From Lingula anatina (taxonomy: Eukaryota > Animalia > Brachiopoda), in the NCBI GenBank assembly GCA_051362555.1, contig CM120645.1:10602001-10666000 (forward strand): a stretch of DNA of 64,000 nucleotides. Reading direction: 5' to 3'. The position numbers and the translations under genes were made by a program. Shown piece after piece: positions 53,599 through 64,000 of the stretch. The notes under the pieces are model-generated. The model was not told where the DNA came from and did no database searches. It saw only the letters and a program-made list of their open reading frames with translations. Each line of letters begins with the position of its first letter. Position 1 is the stretch's first letter.

Positions 53599-54360
53599 GG
53601 CCCATACTTCAAATTTGTATGCTATTAAAAAAAACATGATCAGGGGGTACTAAGGACTTAGGTACAAAAAATGACACTTCTCTCTCCAGCTTTTTCAAGG
53701 GTCTAGCGGTCTGTACATAAATAAACAGAGGGAGATATTATAAATGCATTATATAGCAAGGACTGAAACTGCTCATCCACCACCGGAATTTAACATGAAC
53801 CAGTCTTTGTTTGAGCCGTCGTTAATGCTGCGTGCATCACGGCATTCAGGTGTGCAAACTGAGCGTTTATATGTTTCCGCAGGCGTGTCATGTGTTTAAC
53901 CAGGGGCATTGTACAATAAGCTGATTTCATAGTAATGCTGAAGAAAGGTACGACTTATTTACTTTTGTCCCAGGTGTTTGATCACATTTGGTTGAAATGA
54001 AAAGTGCTTTTTACAATAATTAGTGCCAAAAATGCGCGTGTAAGTCTTGTACACAAGAAACTGTATTTCAGGACGTGATTTAGCGGGAAACACCATGGGT
54101 CCGCTTCAAGAGAAAACGGTTTTAAGCGTACCTAAATATTTGAACAATTAGATTCGAGTGAATACTTTTTCTTTTACCGGAGAAAAGGTCACATGCTTTA
54201 AAACTATCTTTTAAATTTGGAAGGCGTTGACAAAAGCGTGTGATACAAGCACTAGTGGAACGAGCAGCTTGAAATCTTTTTGTGGTACCTTCAGACTACA
54301 CGTAATCCCCAAGATTATCGTTTTGGAAATTCCCGAATGTTATTAGTTAAGACTTACGAG

Positions 54361-56885
54361 ATGGTTTCAAAGACTGTTGGCAATGCCCGAGGGTGCTTGC
54401 TATCGATTGTAGCCGTCTGTGCTTTTGTCGTGGTATATTTCACCTTCAGCATTGTCAATGAAAACTGTTTCAATCTCAACATGGCCAAGGACGTGGGCGC
54501 CTCACTGAGAGGGATCGAGGCGGAAGTAAATCTAAAAGGGGTTGAAATATCGAGTCCTTTTAAAACCACGCCGGACGCTCCTGATCAAGATAATCTACAA
54601 AAGGAACAAGAGGCTGCCAAGTCCATCATTTCCTCAGCTGAAACCAGCACCAATCGTCAAACCAAGGAGGTACCCACCTCTGCTGTTTTAAAAACTTCCG
54701 AATCTCCACCCAAACAGGCGTCTGAGAACGAACTAGTGAAAACTGTGACTGCTGGCTCTGTACGTCTCCTCTCGTCCACCGTGTTAAAAGCTGCGCCATT
54801 CGAGATAAGGTAAAAAGTGTGTAAATGCTAGTGACCCCTGAAAAATTTAGACAACTTTGCATTTCACATATTCTAACAAGAAACGAGACGTCATGAAGAG
54901 ACAATTCATTTCCTTTCGATATACAAATATGAACACGTTTCCATTAAGCAATATAGTAATTCTGCTAAATGATCTGTAGGATTTACACGTACAAATGAAA
55001 ATTAGGAAAATTTTACCAGATTAATTATTAAGAAGTTCCTAGTTCAATTTTAGTACTGCAAATAGCAGTAAACCTAGATAATCGGTTGTAGGCGTTAACA
55101 TTAATTTTGGTCACCGGAAAGCTTTTTAATACCCTTCTAGTGATGCATATGACTGGGTACCTATTTCAGTCAGCAAGATTCACAGTCTTTAAAAAAAACA
55201 TAGGAAGACTACTACAACCGACCTATAGTTAAAGTTACCTTATCCAAGATTTTTCTTCCAATAAAATTTTCCTCGAAAAAAAAGTTGTTTTTCCTCCTCA
55301 CCCATAACTGCTCAATCCCAGTCTGCACTTGGATTAGATGTTTATTCCACTGTTAACTAAATAGCTTAGTTCTTTGACTGGCCTGTCATTAAGACTGCCG
55401 CCATGTCCTCCTGTACATTTTAGAAGAAAATGTAGACAGCAGATATTTTTATGTCAGATGTTAAATTATCTTAACGGCCTGAATTGGTAAAGATTAGAAA
55501 ACAATGCAGGATATATGACACAAAAATTCCAGTTGGCAGGCTTTAAACTTTTACCATGGATCCAGTGGTTTGTTAAAATAGTTTCTCGATTTAATTACTT
55601 GCAATGAGTCTCAGAAATGAAAGTAAACCCTGCTTAAGTATCCCTTGATTTGTCACAATTACTTCTTTTCAGAAGTTTGCTCACCACAAAAAACAGGACA
55701 TCCACCGGTCCCGACCAAGTGTCGAGACTTCATCGCACATGCAAGCCAAATAAGCACGTGATGTTTCTGAAAACACACAAGACGGGCTCAACCACGGTCT
55801 CCAATACTATTTTGAGGTTTGCTTATGCAAATGATCTTCATGTTGCTCTCCCCGCCATTGATGACACAAACTTGGATTCGTGTGATGGCGACCAAAACGT
55901 CATACAGATAATGCAACAAGAACATCACGCGCCCATACCCGGATGTTTTCTGTGGGATCAGCATGACAACAGGGTGAAGTATGACGTCATCGCGCACCAC
56001 TGGAGGTATGATAGGAAAATTGCACGTGCGTCTATGCCAGATGACGCTTTTTATGTAACTATTATACGAGAACCATTTTCGAGGTTCAAATCCCATTTTA
56101 GTTACAGTAACTTTGCCAGAAAACTGAACATCCAAACAAGTTCTGACCCCATGTTGTTGTTCTTACGAAGTGTGTTAAATGAGAAGAGTGCTCCACGGAG
56201 TATAGATAAAGCTAATCTACGCAGTATCAGATATATACTTAGAAACAATATGATGCGAGATCTAGGATTTAAGCTGCACGCAGAAGACGACATTGCATCT
56301 GGGATAGACTACATCAAAACACTTGACTCTGATTTTAACTTGGTTTTGCTTACCGAGGAGATAAACGCCGGCATGGTCCTGTTGCGAAAGCGACTGTGCT
56401 GGGATTTAAAGGATATAATATATTTAAAAATGAACGCCCAAACGACTTACAAATCCCCAATCCGTGAAAAAACCCTGGACGATCTTGCTAAGCTCCATGC
56501 AAATTGGGGTACCCTAGATTATCAGCTCTATCAGCACTTTCGTGCTAAGTTTGAAGCAGAGAAGAAAAGACAAGACAAAGATTTTTGGGCCGAACTTGCG
56601 TACTATGAAAAACTCTTACTACAAATTAGAGATTATTGTAATGAAGAACTAAATGGGACCGACAGCACTGATTTCTTGGCCCGTCCTAATAATGTTTTCC
56701 TGGTCCGTCCTAATAATTGGACAAGTGGTTTCAATTTGACTGCGAAAGATTGCGCAAGCATGCGGTTATTTTCGTATCATTTTTCAGTGCTGCTTAAAGA
56801 ACGATATTACAACAAGGTTGCACGTTTGGGGACGGGCATCTTCAGAATTTATAATGCAATTAATAAGAAATTAGACCAAGCATAA
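54361..56885 (+). CDS. Galactose-3-O-sulfotransferase-like protein, copy 2 (2 exons, ~553 aa)
   Basis: Exons 54361-54809 (phase 2) and 55673-56885; same PAPS-binding motifs; near-identical to its neighbours. Confidence 0.92.
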
Positions 56886-57081
56886 ATTACTAAATAACGA
56901 TGATTACTAAATAGTGATGAGGTTTTTTCACATGTAGGCCCCCTATCTAACAGGTTTATAAGGGGTAGCTTTACATTTATTCTTGATATATTGTTATGAG
57001 CATGCGAACAAAACTTTACTGGTATTCAGGTATATTTTGGTGCAACTGACTCATCATTATGACATAAATAGATTTTATATA

Positions 57082-57329
57082 GGGGCCATTCAGAATGAGA
57101 AGAGCCGAGTGCTAGCTGGTCCACGGCCCAAATATGGCGGTCCAACATGAAAGGGAGACCGCTTAATCCTGTAATGGTCTCCATGCCTCTCACACGCCTC
57201 CCCACGCGTCGTCCCTCGACCGGTCGAATTGAGCCGAGATTTAATTACTGTTCCCCTACAGGGACGATGCGTGGTGAGGTGTGAAAGAGGACCAGCTATC
57301 ACTCGGGTCTTTTCGTTCTGAATGGCCCC
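57082..57329. mobile_element. MITE, paralogous copy of 52486-52738, downstream of copy 2
   Basis: Same TIRs, flanked by TA on both sides; same position relative to the stop codon. Confidence 0.82.
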
Positions 57330-58006
57330 TATTTCTCCCGAACTCGAAGGTCTGGTTGGCTTCTTGCGTACATGCAATATTGTGATGGTGGAAGGTAATT
57401 CATAGGCCTATTACCCGTTATCCTAACCGGCCAATCTAAAAATAAGATGTAGTGGTAGAAGACTTTTTTTCAATTTTATGCATGTATAAGTACAGCTAAT
57501 GATTATAAATATTTGTTCGCTTTATTTGCTATGAATCAATCTTTGTTTGAGCCATCCTTTATGCTGCGTGCAAAACGGTCCTATTATATTAATAAAAATG
57601 TAAAGCTGAAGAAATATGCTCATATTTACTACAGTCTCGTGTGTTTGATCAAACTTGGTTAAACTGACAGTTTTTTTTTAAATAATTAGTGTTAAACAAA
57701 GCGTGTTCAGTTAGTACACACTAGGCTTCATTTCTGGTCGTAAAATAGAGAAACTCCATGTGTCGGTTTGAAGAAACACGGGCACGCCGAAAATTTTGAA
57801 TAACTAGAAAAATGACTAGTAACAGAGACACATTTATTGAATTGATACAATGAAGTTCTTAACTTTTTTTTCACTGTGACACTTTCCATCTTCTCTAACA
57901 AGACACATTGCACCATGCTTGTTTAGAGAAAATATGACACAGTGCTAAAACTTACCTCTAACCTCAGGCTGTGCTAGTCGTCATTAATAAAATTATTGTG
58001 TGGCCC

Positions 58007-58172
58007 CAGGCCCTTCGGGGGGGGGGAGTCGGGGGTTTCGAAAGAACGCCCTCTTATCAGGAAAAGGTCCATACTGGGTAAATTTTGATCTAAGTACACA
58101 AAGGTTTCAATGTAAAAAATCCCTTTTTTCAGAAAAAAGAACCCCTTTTTGAAATTGCTGGTTACGGGCCTG
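58007..58172. mobile_element. MITE, paralogous copy of 53417-53598 carried by the tandem duplication
   Basis: Same termini, TSD GGCCC and flanking sequence. Confidence 0.8.
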
Positions 58173-58935
58173 GGCCCATACTTCAAATTTGTATACTATT
58201 TAAAAACCCATGATCAGGGGATACTAAGGACTTAAGTATAAAAAATGACATTTCTCTCTTCAGTTTTTTCCAAGGTCTAGCGTTCTGTACATGAATAAAC
58301 AGATGGAGAAATTATGAATGCATTATATAGCAAGGACTGAAACTGCTCATCCACCACCGGAATTCAACATGAACCAGCCGTCGTTAATGCTGCGTGCATA
58401 ACGGTATTCAGGTGTGCAAACTGAGCGTTTATAATTATATGATTATATGTTTCCGCAGGCATGTCATGTGTTTAACCAGGGGCATTGTACAATAAGCTGA
58501 TTTCATAGTAATGCTGAAGAAAGGTTCGACCTATTTACTTTTGTCCCAGGTGTTTGATCACATTTGATTGAAATGAAAAGTGCTTTTTACAATAATTAGT
58601 GCCAAAAATGCGCATGGAAGTCTTGTACACAAGAAACTGTATTTCTGGACGTGACATAGAGGGAAACACCATGGGTCCGCTTCAAGAGAAAACGGTTTTA
58701 AGCGTACCTAAACGTTCGAACAATTAGATTCGAGTGAATGCTTTTTCTTTTACCGGAAAAAGGTCACATGCTTTAAAACTATTTTTTAATTTTGGACGGC
58801 GTTGACAAAAGCGTGTGATACAAGCACTAGTGGAACGAGCAGCCTGAAATCTATTTGTGGAACCTTCAGACTACACGTTATCCCCAAGATTATCGTTTTG
58901 GAAATTCCCGAATATTCTTAGTTAAGACTTACGAG

Positions 58936-61460
58936 ATGGTTTCAAGGACTGTTGGCAATGCCCGAGAGTGCTTGCTATCGATTGTAGCCGTCTGTGCTAT
59001 TGTCATTTTATATTTCACCTTTAGCATTATCAATGACAACAGTTTAAATCTCAACATGGCCAAGGACGTGGGCGCCTCACTGAGAGGGATCAAGGAGCAA
59101 GTAAATCTAAAAGGGGTTGAAATATCGAGTCCTTTTAAAACCACGCCGGACGCTCCTGATCAAGATAATCTGCAAAAGGAACATGCGGCTGCCAAGTCCA
59201 TCATTTCCTCAGCTGAAACCAGCACCAATCGTCAAACCAAGGAGGTACCCACCTCTGCTGTTTTAAAAACTTCCGAATCTCCACCCAAACAGGCGTCTGT
59301 GAACGAACTAGTGAAAACTGTGACTGCTAGCTCTTCTCTCGTCCACCATGCAAAAAGCTGCGCCATTCGAGATAAGGTAACAAGTGTCTAAATGCATGCT
59401 AGTGACCCCTGAAAAATTTAGCCTACTAACAAGAAACGAGACGCCATGAAGAGACAATTCCTTCCGATATACAGAAATGAAGACATGTTTACAGGTCCAT
59501 TAGGCAATATAGAAATTCTGCTAAATGATCATCTGTAGGATTTACACGTACAAATGGAAATTAGAAAAATTTTACCAGACTAATTATTATAAAGTTCCTT
59601 ATTCAATTTTAGTACTGCAAATAGCGGTAAAACTAGATAATTGGTTGTAGGCGATAACATTAATTTTGATCACCGGATAGCTTTTTAAAACCCTTCTAGT
59701 GATGCATATGACTGGGTACCTATTTCAGTCAGCAAGATTCACATTCTTAAGATAAAAAAAACATATGAAGACTACTACAACCGACCTTTAGTTAAAGCTA
59801 TCTTATCCAAGATTTTTCTTCCAATCAAATTTTCCTCGAAAAAAAAAAAAGTTGTTTTTCCTCCTCGCGCATAACTGCTCAATCCCAACCCGGACTTGGA
59901 TTAGATGTTTATTCCACTGTTAACTAAATAGCTTAGTTCTTTGACTGGCCCGTCATTTAGACTGCCGCCATTTCCTCCTGTACATTTTAGAAGAAAATGT
60001 AGACAGCAGATATTTTTATGTCAGATGTTAAATTATCTTAACGGCCTGAATTGGTAAAGATTAGAAAACAATGCAGGATATATGACACAAAAAATTCCAG
60101 TTGGTAGGCTTTAAACTTTTACCATGGATCCAGTGGTATGTTAAAATAGTTTCTCGATTAATTACTTGCAATGAGTCTCAGAAATGAAAGTAAACCCTCC
60201 TTAAGTATCCCTTGATTTGTCACAATTACTTCTTTTCAGAAGTTTGCTCACCACAAAAAACAGGACATCCACCCAGTGTCGAGACACCATCGCACATGCA
60301 AGCCAAATAAGCACGTGATGTTTCTGAAAACACACAAGACGGGCTCAACCACGGTTTCCAATATTATTTTGAGGTTTGCTTATGCAAATGATCTTCATGT
60401 TGCCCTCCCAGCCGTCGATGACACACACTTGGATTCGTGTGATGGCGACATAAACGTCATAATGACAATGAAACAACAGCGTCACGCGCCCATACCCGGA
60501 TGTTTTCTGTGGGATCAGCATGACCAGAGGGTGCAGTATGACGTCATCGCGCACCACTGGAGGTATGATGGGAAAATAGCACGTGCGTCTATGCCAGATG
60601 ATGCTTTTTATGTAACTATTATACGAGAACCATTTTCGAGGTTCAAATCCCATTTTAGTTACAGTAACTTTGCCAGAAAACTGAACATCCAAACAAGTTC
60701 TGACCCCATGTTGTTGTTCTTACGAAGTGTGTTGAATGAGAAGAGTGCTCCACAGAGTATAGATAAAGCTAATCTACGCAGTATCGGATATATACTTAGA
60801 AACAATATGATGCTAGATCTAGGATTTAAGCTGCACGCAGAAGACGACATTGGATCTGGGATAGACTACATCAAAACACTTGACTCTGATTTTAACTTGG
60901 TTTTGCTTACCGAGGAGATAAACGCCGGCATAGTTATGTTGCGCCGGCGACTGTGCTGGGATATAAAGGATATTATATATTTAAAATTGAACGCTCAAGC
61001 CACTTACAAATTCCCAATTCGTGAAAAAACCCTGGACGATCTTGCTAAGCTCCATGCAACTTGGGGTACCCTAGATTATCAGCTCTATCAGCACTTTCGT
61101 GCTAAGTTTGAAGCAGAGAAGAAAAGACAAGACAAAGATTTTTGGGCCGAACTTGCGTACTATGAAAAACTTTTGCTACAAATAAGAGATTATTGTAATG
61201 TAGAACTGAATGGGACCAACAGCACTGATTTCCTGGCCCGTCCTAATAATGTTTTCCTGGTTCGTCCTAATAATTGGACAAGTGGTTTCAATTTGACTGC
61301 GAAAGATTGCGCCAGGATGCTGTTATCTTCGAATCATTTTTCGCTGCTGCTTAAAGAACGATATTATAACCAGGTTGCACGTTTTGGGAAGGGCTTCTTT
61401 AAATTTTATAATGTAATTAATAAGAAATTAGACCAAATGAAAATTACTAAAAAACAATAA
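58936..61460 (+). CDS. Galactose-3-O-sulfotransferase-like protein, copy 3 (2 exons, ~553 aa; compensated frameshift in the stem)
   Basis: Exons 58936-59376 (441 nt, phase 0) and 60240-61460; the spliced frame is open; same PAPS-binding motifs. Confidence 0.88.
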
Positions 61461-64000
61461 AGGTTTTACCTTTCAGGTATGTAATGGGAAGCTTTAATCT
61501 TCTTTTGTTATTCTGTTAACAGTATGCGCTACAACATCATTGGTTTTGTGGTGTACTCGTGTGCCTCTGTCTCACCAAAGAAATATTTTATCCATCTAGC
61601 ACGCCAGGTTTTTTTATCGGCTTCTTGTGCGCATACAATACTGGAGCATTATGTAGTCATTCTTCGATCCATTTTTTCAATAAATTAATCTGTAATCTAT
61701 ACCAGTCCGTTTTGAAATAAAGGGTGGTTCCTGAAAGTCTTTAAATTTTGTGCATGCTTTATTTATTCTGCAGCAAATGGTATGTATATTTCAATTTTCA
61801 TTCAAAAAGTGGAATTAAACAGTTTTGTCGCAGTTGTTGAATATTGGTCTCATACTTGTCTGTTTGTTAAAGGATAACAGACAGAGTAATTTTCAGTTTT
61901 TGACTTTTACGGAAACATCACTCAAATTGTACATTATTGATACGTTTACAGCGAAAACCATCATATAAAGATTATAAAAACAATCGATTAGTAGAAAAAG
62001 GGCGTTTTAAAACACCCCACCTCAATATGCAAAAATGAAGGAACAGGTCCAGGTCACGTGGTCGGGTGACGTCACAACATATGCTTTTAGTTTTTATGGA
62101 AATTTAATTTATGCAACATGTTGTTACACACATTCAAACAATGATTTTGACAGCTTTCTAAGAGTTGAAAAATGTAAAAAAATCTATTTTTTACATTAAC
62201 TCTTTAGAATGCAACCAACCAATGAGCCTACGCCGACATTACTGTACAAGATTGGTAATAAGTAAAGGGACAGTGTACAAAACTGCTGAAAAACACATGG
62301 CAAAGAATGCCAGTGTAAAGTGGGAGTCTGTGTAACAGCGTCCGGCGACTCTGCTCTTCATTTAATTCATACAGGTTCAGGCTAGTGTAATGTAAGTAGG
62401 TCAAATGTAGAACTGGGCTTGCCTGTACGCATCACTGGGAATCTAAACCTGTAACACAGGGACCTCTCTAATACATGCTAATAATCAGAAGTGTCAGGCC
62501 TGGAACTGATAGAGCCTGCCGTGAAACTTCCTCAAATACAAAAAGTCAGAAGAGTAAGAAAAAAAAAAGACATTTAAATCTTCGCCCTTTACGGCAGTGC
62601 ACCACAGTTTAAAATCAATTCTTAATGGCGTGTAACGTACCTTAAACCGCCAGCACTGGAAGGGGGTCTTGAAGTGCCACTTTTTGGTAACTACACGTAT
62701 AGGGTAGGACCTATAATTTCGTGTCGCTAGCAGTGTTGTCAGGATGTTTACAGTTATAAATAAAAATATAAATGATAAATTTAAATCCAGCAGTTACCAA
62801 TACACAATTAAATCTTTTGTGTGTATTTTTCAGGTAATAATTGTGCAGATTGGCTTTCATCTCGGTGTGCCAAGCGATACCACGCCAACAACAATTCGTG
62901 TCACTATCGGAATTGTGCCGCCAGCAGGCTGCCGCAGTGTATAAAGTACATAGCTCCTCTTTTAATTGAAGAGCTGGCTCAAGTGGAGAATAAATGTTTT
63001 GAGTCAACTGCCCTTACATATTCAACTGCGTCCGTCATAACCATGACAACGTAACTGTATGGTCACCAAAAAAAGAGTTTTCTTGCTACTTAGGCCTATC
63101 CAGTTAAACCGTTTGAAGAGATGACGAATTTGAGTGATGTTGTTACTACGAAATAGAAAGTGTCACTTTATTTTGCAAGAGACAAGCCGCCAATGCGATT
63201 GCCTTTTTTATTATAATCTTTATAAATCAGTGTAGCCAACTCCTATTAGACATGCGTAAGATTTTATTTCAGTAACATGATACTTGATTAATAAACACCT
63301 ACTTAGTCATGCAAAATAAATGCATTCGTTGTTATGTAGAAAAAAAAAGGTAAAACACAGTTTCGGATTCTATATTTCAACAACAACAACAACGACGACG
63401 TTTTCAGGCAGGGGACAGAGATGACTAGTTCTGGTTTATTAATGGGATTTTTTCTCTAAGTAAGCACCGTATTTACTGAGCAAGCACGGTAAGCATTTTA
63501 AATTTGTTAAACAGTTGACAGTAAAGGAAGAATAATAATTAAAGACCATTACATACGGGACAAATAATAACATCACTGCTGTATTCTCACACTGGAGTAC
63601 TCATGATATTATGAAGGTCCGATCTGGTTTCACCCCAATGAAATTTTGCTCCTTTCGTGCTTGCGCTTAAAATCATAAGTCGTTTCCAGCATTTTCGATA
63701 TTAACATATTGCAAAACTAAGTCCTGGAGTCTTCAAATGAATTACACTTCTTTCTATGTACTCTTTCTATGTAACACAACTGACATCTGGTCGCTCAAAC
63801 TTCTGAACACTGCACATAATGGATCTGGTGCAACTTTGGAAACATCCTCATTTGGAATTTCCGTCAATCCCTTAAAGTAGGTGATCATTTTTACATGGTC
63901 GAGTTATCACGGTTAGAAATTGCGTGGACGACGTTAGATTGGCGTCCTTTCCTGAAAGACAAAATGTCATGTTCACCTGGCTTATTTCAATTATTTACGG

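Larger units (their letters stand above)
51150..61460 (+). repeat. Tandem segmental duplication, ~4.57-kb period
   Basis: Equivalent landmarks are offset by ~4.57 kb (ATG 54361->58936, acceptor 55673->60240). Intergenic DNA, introns and MITEs are shared between units. Confidence 0.93.

Noticed and set aside
62834-63054. Cys-rich candidate exon after a ttttcag acceptor
   Set aside because: No partner exon, start or recognisable domain; cannot be supported.
63870-63951. Possible terminal exon of a minus-strand gene entering from beyond the window
   Set aside because: Only an acceptor-like site and a short frame; insufficient evidence.

Overview
AT-rich, intron-containing animal genomic DNA (marine-invertebrate/lophotrochozoan-like gene content; the species cannot be determined from the sequence). 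No prokaryotic features, rRNA, tRNA or CRISPR. Hand-spliced gene models: (1) the 3' part of a low-complexity unknown + strand gene (499-13688) whose ~8.9-kb intron appears to contain (2) a same-strand GRL101-type CUB/C-type-lectin/LDLa/LRR GPCR with a single in-frame TAG; (3) an intronless TRPV/TRPVL-like channel (-); (4) a 3-exon melatonin-receptor-like GPCR (-); (5) a 14-coding-exon PX-BAR sorting nexin (-), with (6) an antisense intronless single-pass membrane protein in one intron and a 44-bp minisatellite built from its own splice acceptor in another; (7) three tandem galactose-3-O-sulfotransferase-like genes. There is also a decayed LINE and several MITEs, many with 5-bp TSDs. Most notable: a 17-copy array of a 3' splice site in which only the two most exon-proximal copies keep the frame open; a pair of compensating frameshifts on either side of an intron in sulfotransferase copy 3; and the GPCR stop codon, which a 72-nt (one-LRR) cryptic intron could remove. 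All gene models are manual and lack transcript support.
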